Part shown: one piece after another, positions 10,744 through 23,075 of the stretch
How positions within the stretch are numbered: position 1 is the first letter of the stretch
How the letters are laid out: every line of letters starts with the position of its first letter
Source: Pavona decussata
Taxonomy: Eukaryota
Length of the DNA stretch: 64,000 nucleotides
Assembly: GCA_977016875.1 (NCBI GenBank)
Contig: CDRNST010000091.1
Span: 1,798,001 to 1,862,000, forward strand
Direction: 5' to 3'
Notes under the pieces: model-generated
Database searches by the model: none
What the model was told of the DNA's origin: nothing
What the model saw: the letters and a program-made list of their open reading frames with translations, nothing else
Translations under genes and position numbers: made by a program

Positions 10744-11332
10744 CTAAAGCATGTTTAACGCCTTTAAAATGGCGCCGCGATAGCTACGGTACAAAAAGTA
10801 TTGACCCAGTGGGTCTAAATGCACACCATCATGAGTAAGTCGGGTCTGTGATAAATTAGAAAAAACCTTTATGATACCAACAGAAAACATTATCGATGTG
10901 CTCTAATAATGCACTAAGACACTGATGTAGAACTGGCACTTTTATATTGTCAAAGGACTGAAAGCCCGCGTACGACTGACCACGAGGAATGACTTGGAAA
11001 ACGCCTATGACGCGAACAGAATATTTTTCGCGCAGTAAAGAAACAAGGACTTCAATTTCCGATGCTACTACTTCAGGCCCTGACTGTGAAAGATCATTGG
11101 TACCGATCTCTAGGATCACCACGTCCGGAGCAAGACGTGAAATAACGTTAAGGTCGTGGGCTTGAAGCTTCGAAACAGTTCGACCTCCCACGCCGAACAT
11201 GTGGACAAAAGCACTGCCATGCAGATTAAAATTCCCGTCAACACGCGAGTCAAATCCAGTCTCTATATCGTTCTTTAGCCTCTTCACAAAGGAATGCCCT
11301 AAAATAAGAACTGTGGCCGCTGCAGAAGCCAT
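10744..11332 (-). pseudogene. SGNH/GDSL-type hydrolase ORF inside the retrotransposon; 1-nt frameshift in a T6 run
   Basis: Block I LGHSF, block II GVGG, block III EIGTND. Removing one base at 10860-10865 restores ...KGFSNLSQTRLTHDGVHLDPLGQYFLYRSYRGAILKALNML* with block V DxxH. Confidence 0.85.
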
Positions 11333-11350
11333 GAAACAAAGGCGTTACTT

Positions 11351-11604
11351 AAAAATAAAAGGCGGCTGAATTCGTTCAGAAGTAATCCACTGACGAACGT
11401 GGTGCGTGTCTTGGTGCAAAGGTCATGAACGCTAGAGGGTGGTACAATATAGATTGTCAGGGCCCCAGCCCGTGACCCTGGTATCGTGACATTATGTCAC
11501 ACAATACAACAAAATTCCTAAAGAAACTTCAGTACTGAATAAAAAGACAAACAACAGATCGGATTGAAGACATAAAATCCTATTTGTAAACAAATATTCC
11601 CTTT
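11351..11604 (-). repeat. Split direct repeat A1 (254 bp), 5' end of the element
   Basis: Identical by eye to 5005-5258. Confidence 0.93.
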
Positions 11605-12769
11605 TGACATGGCTCGAAGATCATTTTTTTCTGAATGGCTTGATTAATGAAGCTAAACAACAGAACAACTTAGGCCTAGTCATTTATAAGTTAAGAAGAT
11701 ACACCATTAACCGCCTTATTTAAAGGGGAAGTGTCACCTTTTTTTAGTGTCACTTTGAATAGCGAAAAAAGTTATTGGTTTTCATGGGAATATTAAAGTA
11801 ATGGTTCAGTTTTGTTAAAAATAACCGTATTGGGGCACAGACACTAGTATTAATAATTCATTTATGTTTGAAGATGGCTAGGATGGAAATGGATTGAAAC
11901 ATGAAAAAATTGGCGATCTTTTTCAAGTTCCTCCTGTGAATTTTGAAGAAATTGTTAAAACTTATATTTTCTTCTCCGCTAGGGAAATCATTACATAATT
12001 ATTTTCCTACTGCTGCTCTAAGAGCAATTTCACGTAAAAACAGAGGTTCTTTGTCAAGTATTTTAGCTGGTTTGGCCAGCATACAGCAAAATCTCGGTGG
12101 CAGTACCCCGAAGCATCAAAGTGGTTTGCAAATTTTATTTCCACTTCGAAGAGAAAAAGTTAATGAAAAGCAACGCCCTACGGCTACAATTGTACAGCAT
12201 TACTCAGTATCTCAAGCAAGTTAGCAATTACGCATGAACGATCATTAATAATTCCATTAATGTTAAAAAATGTTTTTCAGCTATTTTCAAAAGGACTTTA
12301 TTGCTTTTCATAGTAACAGCTGCCATGTAAAAAGGGTCAGGTTGTATTGGCTTAATGAGAAAAAATTAAATTACTGAAATCTCATATTTGCCTCCATCAG
12401 TTGTGAATTGATAAAACAGAAGATAAATGTTAAATTATCTCAAAAAACCATCACTGATTATTATTTTTCATTAAAAACGGCTTGTCACCGAGGTCACTTT
12501 AGCACGCTAGTTGGAAATGAAGTTGAAATCTTCCCTGGAGCTGCTTTTATTCTCAGCAGGATTTGAAAAATTGGTTTTTAGGCTGATGATTCGTTAATTA
12601 CTTTAAGTGACCTAATAGGATACTGTCCATATTTTACCGCGTGATCTTATATTCCGTTGGTTGATCAACAATAAATAAGATAACCATCAATTTTCGCGAA
12701 AATATACTTTAAATATACCCTTAATCTTCATCCATACAAACTTACAACGATTATTAATTTTGGATGTAC

Positions 12770-13214
12770 CAGTTCATGTCATCAAGGATTTTCCGGCCAT
12801 ATGCAGCTGTCGTTTAGCTACCATGAGTGTTATAATAAAGACGGTGATGGAGATAAAATACGTTACACTGGTATCTCCAGTGGCGTCTATCGTTATTAAA
12901 GTAAATGGTATGTTGCTCAAACTTGTGCAATCGAGGAAATTTGTAGCAGCTGTGAATGGTTGAGCGATGAGTACTGTGCAAAAATTGGGGAGGGCTTATC
13001 CACTCAAGTGGAAAGGTGTTTTCTGGAACGTCTTCGTCCAAGTTGCGGCCGATATCAACGTATTTTTTATCACTGCCACTAGTAAAAGAACAGTCGTAAT
13101 AATTGCATTTGGAAAGCTAGCTGGGCAATTATAGGAGTCATCTTTGTCGCCATTGTCCAGCCACAAGAGAAGGAAATACTGAATGAAGAAGAGCAATCTC
13201 GTGCTGTTTGACAT
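12770..13214 (-). pseudogene. Decayed GPCR, N-terminus to about TM4
   Basis: Minus-strand YFISITVFIITLMVAKRQLHMAGKSLM resembles the TM3/ICL2 region of 7..993; several indels. Confidence 0.75.
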
Positions 13215-13333
13215 GGCCACTATTTACAAACGTACTTGCTTTGTATGCTTTCTAAATCTGAGGGACTTTCCACACTGTTCTGTTACAATATCATACCACT
13301 AACATCAATGTAAAAATGTTTTGGTTGTTGTTG

Positions 13334-14317
13334 TTAGTTTCTGGAACAGAGTAACTGTTTTACTCCGTTTCTAACATCACTCATTCTCCAAAGGTAAAGA
13401 AATGGGTTCAGAGAAGACGATGAAAATAGGAGAACTCTGGAAACGCTTAAGGCTATATGTAATCCGGAGTTAGATCCTGCACTTTCACGAATAAACACCC
13501 CAGTAGTGATGACAAAAGGTAGGAAACAGACACAAAACAAAGCTAGAACATATAATATCGTAATCACAGATTTCTTGTACTTTACCAGGTTTATCGTGGG
13601 TCGGCCAAAATTTTGAGGCGGCCTGTTCAAGGCTTGCACTTGTAGTTGTTGACTACGAATAATTCGTAAAACGTTAAAGTAAGCGACAAATGTGGCGAAG
13701 AAAGACAATGACATTGTTGTTATATTCGTAATATGTACCATACTCCAAACTGATCCGGGCTTTATAGTTTCCAGTGATCGAAATACAACTAGAGGAGTTG
13801 GCATGACCAAAAATACGATGACACTTAAGACTTTCCGGAGCGACGCAAGTGCCAATGGTCGTCGAGACATGTGCAGCCATCGTTCCACAGCCATAAGCGT
13901 CAAAATAAGCATTGAAACGGATATAAAATACGTGGCAGTGGCATCCGCGATTGTTTCAAAAGCGACAAATAGTGGTGGCCTATCGAGAGGTGTCCTGGCG
14001 TCTAATGTGTAGAGCAAAATGGTTACAGCGTTGACAGGCTGAACTATTAGTCCTGTGCACAAATCAGTGAACACTAATCCACTTAGAAGAGTATGGAAAG
14101 TTGTTCTCTGCAAGGTCGTCTTCCAAATCGTCACCAAAATCAAAGCATTACCCACGACTGCAACCGGTGACAAAACAGCGATAATGATTGAGCCCGTGAA
14201 AGTCCCTACAAAATATTTGGAGCTACCAGAGATCGAAGAATTACTCCACGAAGAACAAGTTGTATTGTTTGCCATGGCTTGGCGTTGTTGCACAAACGTC
14301 GAATTGAGACTTGGCAT
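13334..14317 (-). CDS. Class A orphan GPCR, intact
   Basis: 327 aa; 7 hydrophobic segments, AVERWLHM, KYKKSV, NPFLYLWRM. Confidence 0.93.
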   Translation of the reverse strand: MPSLNSTFVQQRQAMANNTTCSSWSNSSISGSSKYFVGTFTGSIIIAVLSPVAVVGNALILVTIWKTTLQRTTFHTLLSGLVFTDLCTGLIVQPVNAVTILLYTLDARTPLDRPPLFVAFETIADATATYFISVSMLILTLMAVERWLHMSRRPLALASLRKVLSVIVFLVMPTPLVVFRSLETIKPGSVWSMVHITNITTMSLSFFATFVAYFNVLRIIRSQQLQVQALNRPPQNFGRPTINLVKYKKSVITILYVLALFCVCFLPFVITTGVFIRESAGSNSGLHIALSVSRVLLFSSSSLNPFLYLWRMSDVRNGVKQLLCSRN

Positions 14318-15902
14318 GTAACTGTCCTACTCTATGACTTTCACCGAGCTCCATTCCAGCTGCCAATGAAATCAATATGGGAAGGCTGCAAAATCAATTA
14401 ATCGTTTTCATATAATTTCCTGCAAAGCCCATTTATTTCCAGAGGTGGAAATAGATTAGCCAGTGATGAAGTACTTTAAGTTTTTTCTTTATCTCCGAAA
14501 AAAGAAAACGGCCCCCTACTTCTGTGATTGAAATAAACTATTATCATGCTTCTGAAGCGCCTTGTGTTAGTAGAATGATTTGAAAAAAAAGCGTTCCCTT
14601 ATATTTGATATAAAAATGCCGAGATATTTATGGTGCCTGTGCCGAAGTTCAGATGGTAATTGACGTCAAAACGCGGTGGTAAGAAAAAAGAAGTACTTTA
14701 CAAGCCCCAGGCTGGTAGCGTGACTGATGTCGTTGCTACGTTTTGACTCGCGCTGTGTGTTATCAGAGTACAGACCCACGGAAAAATAAAATCTTTTTCC
14801 TTTATACAGTAACCAAGACATTTGACCACATTTCGTGTGCGAGTATCACGTTGACTGAGTCGAGTCAAAAACTTTCAACGAAACTTTTATACTACTAGAC
14901 ACAAGCAATTGTGATCCTCTAAATTAGAGTTTAATCCGAAAGAATTTCACTAACAATATTTTCAAAACCAACCTTTATTCCAGAAGGAATTTCTGACCCC
15001 ACACTATTACAGCGCCATTCGCTTCACTACGTTTGTAATCGTTTACTCGCCATTACCGGATTTCCATCGGTAACATATTTGGACAGATATTTCCTTTCTT
15101 TTCACATCACAACAAACTTCAAGCTTTGTAACCTGGTTGAGGTCAATTGCAACGATTTTTGTCCAATTTTTCATCGGACAGTTTTGCTTTTCTGTGAAAG
15201 TATGTGTGAATGTTTGCATACTACTCGCCAAAACAATTTGCAGAACTTTCTTGACCAGTCACTCTGGCTGGACTCTATACTCTGATCACGTGTGTCCGTC
15301 ACACTTGCACACAATGTCGTTATTCGTGCGTCTACATCGCAAAACTCCTCTACACCAATCAAAACGCGATTTTTACATTGTTCAGTGTATAAATAATAAA
15401 CTCTTAAACTCTGGTAACCAAACCTTGAATTGTTTTGTTTATGTTGTTCTAGATTTTGCGGCTGTCAGATAGAATCAGCAGACTTAAACACTAAGTTAAC
15501 CATCAAAAGAAAGAAAATGTATAAAATCTTAACCAAAATAACTCAAAAAAACTAGCGCTTTCATGTACATTTGTAGAAACCCATCTTCGCGTGCTCTTAT
15601 TGGTCAAAACATCTCACGTGTAAAAAGATGGATGACTTCATTTTTGATATACCTCGTCCAATGTTCTGGAAAAACAAGCAACAACAAATAACCAAAAGCA
15701 CGCTTTCAGATTTATCATTTTAATAACTTTTTAATCCAATCACATTGCTGGTTAATTCAGAAAAACGAATCGCCTTGCATCTATTTCATTAAACGCAATC
15801 ACGCTCTTATCAAAGTGAGTTCATACAGACTTTCAGTAGCTTCGAGGCTGAGGAACAATCTTCCACGTCTTCCATCGCATATTAGAAACATCAAGTACCA
15901 TC

Positions 15903-16281
15903 TTCTCAGCGACGGCGACGCAAACGACCGACGCCGCAAAACAATCGGTTTAATGCGCAAAAACAATCGCTCTGCACGTGCGGTTTAAATTTTGGTACAT
16001 TTCTTTGCTGTCTCCTGTAAAACAACATCGTGAACTGATAAAATTCAAGGTTTCGTGGAGAACGTGAACACATGGCGGGGATTTTTTTAACCTCTTTCTT
16101 AACTTAAACGCCACTCTTACGAATTTGGTTCCTGGGTAGTTCGCCGTTTGTGTAGACTTTTTTTTAAGGTTTCGTTTTTGCGGAAGTTGAAGGCGTAGAA
16201 ATATCGCGAAGTAACACAAATGAAATAAATTTATATTTTTAAGTAAGGTTCTCGTTGGCGTTGGTGTCGTCGCTGCTTAAG
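15903..16281. mobile_element. MITE-like element with imperfect GC-rich terminal inverted repeats
   Basis: CAGCGACGGCGACGCAAACGA at the left versus TCGTTGGCGTTGGTGTCGTCGCTG at the right; no ORF. Confidence 0.5.
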
Positions 16282-17084
16282 TATAAGATTTGGAAACATC
16301 CTATAACCTCACGAAACACACTGAATCAACAAAAGCAGCAGTTTCTCACATCCTATCAAAGCTGAGCAAGCAAGCTGTTTGCTAAGTCAAACAGTTCATG
16401 AATAGAATGGCTATGATGAATTCAACAAACAGGTAGAGTTTCGTACAGATCTCATTAAACTCGGGATAGATAAGGAAGTTTCAATTTCACGATTTTTATC
16501 GCCGGTCTACAACACTTTGCACGCCATCCATTAATTTTAAAAAAATCGCAATTCTTTTGTTGTTATATTCCTTGAAGTTTAAATCAGAAATCTACGAAAC
16601 TTCACCTTTCTGCTAAATTCAGTATGACAAATTAATTTCTAAACTCAATCTTTCACCTTATCTAATATTTTACAATGTCATGCGTATGTTTGCTGTAACT
16701 ATGACAACAGAAAGCCGGCTTTCAATGGGGCAGCTGCAGCTGTCAAAAGCAAATATAGTGACTTCGAAAAAAAAAGGGTTATAACTCCACCGAAACCTCA
16801 TTGGTTTGACTCGGCATTAGGATCACGTACAAACTATGACGGCCAAACGGTTTTTAAATACCATATCTAACACCTTTAAACAAAGGACGTTGTGCCGTAA
16901 TTGACTCTTTACTGGAGGCACCCAAAAATGCGTCGTTAATTTGGGCATTGCTCATCATTCCCTTTCTAATGAAGCGAAGGCTTGGCAATGTATTTGAACG
17001 ATCTGAAGAGAGATTCGGCCTGAAATTCCACGGTGAAGTGAATCCAAAGAAGCAATCTTGAGCGTTCATGAACAAAGTGAAGCC

Positions 17085-18044
17085 ATGTTAAATAAAACGA
17101 CTTCTTCTTCTTCATATAATTTGTCCTTTTCTCGTGACTTGCCACACAATGGCGACAAACAAGACCCTTATATTTATGCAGCTAGTCTTGCAATTGCAGT
17201 CACTATGGCCGTTCTTTCTCCGGTGGCTGTGGTGGGCAATGCGTTGATATTGGCGGCAATTTGGAAGAAGGCGTTCCAGAGGACATCTTTCCATATTCTT
17301 TTGAGTGGACTGGCTTTTACTGATTTGTGTACAGGTCTCATTGTTCAACCTGTTTTTGTTGCAAGAATTTTGCTTTACAGCATTGATCCACTGGGAAGAG
17401 CTATTGAGAGGCCATTGCTGTACGTGACGTTTGAAACAATTGCGGAAGCCAGTGCTACGTATTTTACATTCGTCACAATTCTTATTTTAATGCTTATGTC
17501 AGTTGAAAGATGGCTACACATGTCTCGAAGATCCTTGGTAACATCGCGTGGCGGATGTTCTATCGCCATTGCGTTTTTTCTCATTCCTATCCCAATAGTC
17601 GTGTTACGGTCACTGAAAACTATAAACCCAGGCTCAATTGGGAGTACTTATCACCTTACCATTATAGCGCTAATGTTGCTTAGTTTTGTAATAATATTTT
17701 TTGCCTATTTTAAAGTGCTACGAATAATTCGTTTTCATCAGCTCCGGGTTCAGGCAGGTCAACCAGCCCAACGATTTGGCCAACCGGCAATAAATCTGGC
17801 GAAGTACAAGAAATCCACGATTACCATTTTATACATTTTGGCATCGTTTTCGTTTTGTTTCTTACCTTTCATCGTCGCTATTGGGTTTTATGCTTTTGAA
17901 GGCTTAAACTCAGAAATATCCGTAGCAGTCGGTTTTTCCCTGGTACTTGTATTTTTGTCCTCTTCCCTCAACCCGTGTCTTTACCTCTGGAGAATGAACG
18001 ATGTTCGGAATGGAGTGAAACAGTTATTATGTTCCTCCAGCTGA
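17085..18044 (+). CDS. Class A orphan GPCR, intact (319 aa from ATG 17085)
   Basis: Same length and start as paralog 48484-49443; SVERWLHM, NPCLYLWRM. Confidence 0.93.
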   Translation: MLNKTTSSSSYNLSFSRDLPHNGDKQDPYIYAASLAIAVTMAVLSPVAVVGNALILAAIWKKAFQRTSFHILLSGLAFTDLCTGLIVQPVFVARILLYSIDPLGRAIERPLLYVTFETIAEASATYFTFVTILILMLMSVERWLHMSRRSLVTSRGGCSIAIAFFLIPIPIVVLRSLKTINPGSIGSTYHLTIIALMLLSFVIIFFAYFKVLRIIRFHQLRVQAGQPAQRFGQPAINLAKYKKSTITILYILASFSFCFLPFIVAIGFYAFEGLNSEISVAVGFSLVLVFLSSSLNPCLYLWRMNDVRNGVKQLLCSSS

Positions 18045-18082
18045 ACTAAATAAACTTTGTAATTTCACTTTGTTGTCAATAG

Positions 18083-18300
18083 AGGGGAGCAGGGATGCGC
18101 AGTGACGCGGAGTTGACGCAATATGTCGATTGAGTTTGTGGTTGGTTCTCGTCCTTGCTCCGAAGGTTTTTCTCCGGGTACTCCGGTTTTCCTTCCGCCA
18201 CAAAAACCAACATTTTAAAATTTTAATTCCACCCGAAACGCACGGTTTACCTTTGAAGGATTTCCTATAGAGCTCTTTGGTGCTCCGTTGGTAAAATAAA
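18083..18300 (+). mobile_element. SINE (V-domain-like core), with a deletion in the head
   Basis: GGTTTTTCTCCGGGTACTCCGGTTTTCC core; the paralog at 49482 retains a B box. Confidence 0.6.
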
Positions 18301-19422
18301 TTACACTTAAATGTTTATTTTTTAGACCTAGAAATTTGTATAAGGTCTCAGTAAGATTGTGATTTTTTTTTTGTTGCTATACTGCGCATTTGAAAATTAT
18401 ATGATTCGTATCTCAGCGTCATGAATGTTTTGATAATTACATTATAATGATTGAAATATCCACCAGATTCACAAAACATTTTTGCTTGTATTCGCTACTG
18501 ATTAGAAAATAATAACGAATTAAGGAAATTAACGACGCTGGGATCAAATTTTTCGAGTCGTCCGCGTTAGTAACGTTAACTTGTATTGTTAGCTTAAGAC
18601 TGTGCACATTTAATGCCTTAATGTAGAGAGTGTATTGGGTTTTTCCTTTGTTTCTAGGCTTGCGTGAATGTTGCTGATTATGACAAAGGCTTGATAAATC
18701 GTATGGATCAAAATTTCTTCGTTTTAAATAACTGTCACATAAAGGTTTTGCACAATGTCAATACATTGTACCTCATATATGATCGTATTACAGTAAACAG
18801 CAAACAAAATAAAATTAATAAAAAGCCACATCAATAATTGACGAAAAATACTTTAAAACTTAGTGTCTTCCTACAGCAATAAACTGGTTTGTATTTCAGA
18901 CAATCTATCATTCTTGGAAGTAAACAACCCCATGTACTTTTTTGTAACTTCTCACCACTGGTGAGAAGTTTGAGTGCCCACACACATGAGTATTTAAAAG
19001 TCCAAGTAATCGTTGCAAACAAGTTGTGGCAGCGAATAAACTTTTGTTAATGTAGCTCATTAAAGAAGATGAATTTCTTTATTAATTTTTGTTCCTTAAG
19101 AGAAATTCTTATTTCTTTTAACGAAGGCTGAAAGGGAGAAAAACGAAGAAAACATTCATTGTAAGCTTAAATTATCATTTGAATTAAAATATTTATGACT
19201 CTTATAAATCAGATTGTTTTCAATCACTTCGCAGCTGTCTTTATAATTTGAATTATGTACGTTTAGACTAAATATGAGTTATCAGCAAGGAAGTTCATTC
19301 TTATTTCGAATATGGAATCATATACTGAAATCGACCGTAGCCACAAAAAAAGTTATTTCAAAAAATGGGAAACTTTTTCCCCTTATCACAGGGTCTTCAT
19401 CAACAGATAGGAACCTTCACGC

Positions 19423-19482
<60 letters not shown>
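19423..19482 (+). repeat. (TTA)20 microsatellite
   Basis: Perfect run; absent from the paralogous position near 50690. Confidence 0.97.
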
Positions 19483-19484
<2 letters not shown>

Positions 19485-22344
19485 TTTTTTTTTGGTAATT
19501 TACCTTAGTAGCAACCATTTTAGTGCACCATTGCATATATGACTTGTTTGGATATCATTACGTTTAATAATAATAAAGGCAGTGTACGTTCTAACATAAG
19601 GTTGATAAGACTCAATATTGCCCTTAAATCTGCTATTGTTTGAGGAAGAATCGCAGTTTCATAATATTAACCCAGTTTTGTGTAACCTGATCAATATATT
19701 TTGTTACTCTGTTTGTGGTAATGGGACAGTTCGCATGATCAAAACGTTGATATACACTTTCAGCAAGAAATGGGGTTGTTATTATATAAATAAGATACGG
19801 TATTGCAATCAAATTTTTAGCGTAGGTCTGAAAATGAGATTCTTCCATTATCAATCCCTGTTGTTGCTGTTTTGGGAGCATTGTTCCTTTTATTAAGAAC
19901 GTCACCTAGCGCTATACCATTACGAACGTTATTAATTCGTTTCCGGCGAAACAACTTAAGTTACTTGAATCATAACTAGGATTAGCTGCGAGGATCTTTC
20001 TTCTATTTAAAACTACTAAAGTGCTTAAGATAGAGACTTAAAATAGAGGAAAATCATGAGTTAACCGGAGTGCCACTCCAACACCGGACGTAAATTAGAA
20101 TATTAACATGAAACGCTCAGTTAACTGGAAATCCCGTGAAACTGCTTGTTTCCAATTTTCAGAGCCAAAGTATTTAAATGGATCACGTTTATGAGACCCA
20201 TACAAAGAATCAATCGAAAGGTTTTTGGTCCATGATCCAAGCTTTGAATTCTCGTTGGAGCGTTTTCCGTTGTACGTGCGGATGAATACGAATATTGTTT
20301 GTGGTGCAAATTAAGGGTGCCTGCGTCACGTCGTACATTTAGAAACGTTTGCGTTGCCTAGTGACGATCTGGTTCGCTTGTCTTATAAATGTCGAATCAC
20401 GTTCACGTTGTTCTATAGTATACAATCCGCACGTTGACGAAATGTCTCGCTTAATAAACACTAAAACACATAACATATCGAAGGTACAAAATATGGTAAG
20501 TCAAACGCGAAATAATTAAGATATGCTGACAAGGGAGGGTACGAAATTGTATGTTAGCAGATGTTTAACGTTACAAAGAAAATAAAGTAAAAATTAATTT
20601 ATGACGAAACTTTAGGGATTTAAACTACTCAATCTAGACAACTTGTAGGCGAAATTAGAAAACAAATCTGCAAGAGCAGATTAAGAAACCCATTAACTGC
20701 TGAGTTTTTATATTTAACTTTTTGAGAAAGCTTAGCAGTGGAATATAAGTAAAGGGAAATTAAAATTTCGAACTCTGAAAGCGTGATCGTGAAAGCAATA
20801 AAATATCATGGATTGTCGACCATTCTCGTGACCTCGATGAAACATACCATCATGTAACATATGACACGTATGACGCTGGCCTAATATAGCTAGATGTGAT
20901 GTTGGCATGATGTCCTTTGTATCTACGTACACACCCCTCCGAAGAATGCTTTAGAAGTAAAGTAATTAAATACACTGTGAACGGTTTGTTATGCGAAGTC
21001 AAGAAAATAAACGTCTCTAACTCTTTTACCACTTTGGGCACGCAATAACATAGCGCGAAAACTCCACTTAAAAGGTAATAGACTAGGAAGAATTAAATAT
21101 TCGCTTTCCCCCTAATTCTATTACACTTGTTACATTAATGACGCCTGATGATCATTTGACATTTGACATTTTCTTTTATTTATACTCTCCACCCTTACTG
21201 TTATATAGGCGCAAAATACAAAAGTTGGAGGTATTAAAACAGTGTTGCAAGCAGCTCAAGAATAAATTCAAAAATGCAATTCAAATAGGGGGAGGAGAGT
21301 AGAGGGTCACCTTTAGTAAAAGTTATACTGTGCCCCTTTAAAGGAAGTAAATTGATATGAAAAGTAACTAAGTAGAATAGAAGAAATAAGAAAGATATAG
21401 TAAAAGGAAAACAAACAAACAAAAAAACAAAAAAAGAGAGAAAAACGAAAATAATTGGAGTACAGTATCGTTAGAGTAATGTATCATTTTGTTAAAAGGT
21501 GAAATAGTATGTGCAATATCATGCATATCAAGTACTTATTATTTACCAAACTAGCGCCATTGACTTTCAGGAAATGAGGAAAAATGCAAAACTGGACCAT
21601 TTAACGTTTTACAGCCTTAAAGGGAGACAAACGTAACTAACGTATTGTTGCTTAATATTGATTGGACCATGTTTTCAAGATTTTCGTGCAAGTTACAACC
21701 ACATTTGGCAAGTCACATGGTCAGAAAAAAAGTCTAAGACTCAAACGGCGTACACGTGTGAAAATTGAAAACAGTGCCAATAGTTGAAAATCACCAAGGT
21801 TCAAAACATGACATTTTCATAGAAAATATGACGTCATAAGCACAAACTATCTATTTTAAGTGGCAGTTATATTATTTACAAAACCATTATACGCTTATGT
21901 CAGGTTATAAAGGAGGCTGCAATGTCTCCGACTCGGGAAAAACAAATCGGAAATGGACCTCTTTTTCTTCGAGTTTTAGGGATTTTCTCGCTGATGCGAG
22001 GTTAGGGACTGGCACTACTTGCATGCGGGTAATAACGATTTTTCAAGATCAATCTGTTCACCCTTATACATTTCACCAATAAAACACCACAAAACACTTC
22101 AGTAATCCTTAAACATCCCTCATCAACAAGGTTAAAAATAAACTGCAAAGGACCGCGAACGAAATACTGCAACAATACGCAGGATCTGCGAAAGATCTAA
22201 TCAGTTAGTTTCCCCTTAAGATTTGCAACACCATAGTTTCAATGGATTATTGCATGAGTGGTTCTGATTCATCACAGCTGTAGCCATTTTCCTACAAACT
22301 CAGCTATCAAATTGACTCAAATGTGATGACAGAAATGTGATGTT

Positions 22345-22487
22345 AGATCTATCCTTCAGTTAGTGACACAGAACAGACTCGGAGAAAGAAAATCCAATTT
22401 TTTACAATAGGCGTCCAACCTAAGAACTTCCGATTACTAGTTCGGATGCTCTACCACTGAGCTCCAGGAGACTCGTGGAAGCTAGGC
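22345..22487 (-). mobile_element. tRNA-derived SINE, degenerate
   Basis: Reverse complement resembles 37430-37570 (AGCTCAGTGGTAGAGCATCCGAACTAG). Confidence 0.7.
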
Positions 22488-22565
22488 AGTTGATTCAATT
22501 CTTTTGGGAACCACATTTTTACCGTGAAAGAACCTTGCTTCCAAGTTACAACCTTAATTAAAGTC

Positions 22566-23075
22566 ATGACTGATTTTAAAACATGTTCACTAAATGTACG
22601 GGGCCTAGGTGAGAAGGAAAAATCAGTGTAGGGAAACTTTCAGATGTTTAAATAACTAATTTTTAAGTTACTTTCTTTAAGAAGTTCACTCAACGGAAGA
22701 TGCTGTTAGATCTTGTACTTATCAAATGGCAGTTTTCCAAGGAAGAGAATGAATTACTTATTTATAAAAAGAACAAAATCCTGTAAAATCTAAAGAACTG
22801 GCGACCTCGTACTCTCCTGAATGCTCACCGATTGCAAAATTGTAGTAAAAGCAAACTGATAGCCAATCGTCTAAAGCTAGTACTCGGCCTAGCTAGTAAG
22901 CTTGTTAGTCATGATCAGAGAGGATACCTCTTTATTCCCAAGAGCACCAAAAAGCACATCTTAAAGGGCAGATTGATCAGTGAAAATATCAGTTTCATTG
23001 CGGGCTTCTAAGACATACCGTAGAAGAAAAAGATCTCTGGACTACTTTTATTTGTCACGCCGACTTTGATAAAAG
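22566..23075 (+). mobile_element. Highly decayed, internally deleted L1/Tx1-type LINE ORF2
   Basis: MTDFKTCSLNVRGL (APE endonuclease start), xEVHST, then LKNWRPxTLLN, ANRLK, KGRLISENI and SGLLLF (RT N-terminal part), with stops and frameshifts. Confidence 0.75.

Larger units (their letters stand above)
4685..11604 (-). mobile_element. Ngaro-type (DIRS order) tyrosine-recombinase retrotransposon with split direct repeats A1-ORFs-B1-A2-B2
   Basis: A 11351-11604 = 5005-5258; B 5256-5534 = 4685-4963; TTT at both termini and at the A/B junction; gag, RT/RH and YR ORFs; no methyltransferase domain seen. Confidence 0.93.

Noticed and set aside
11720-11940. TTAA-AGGGGAAGTGTCAC, a possible Kolobok-type left end
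   Set aside because: No matching right TIR found, so the boundaries cannot be supported
19274-19483. Poly-tyrosine ORF
   Set aside because: Translation of the (TTA)n microsatellite
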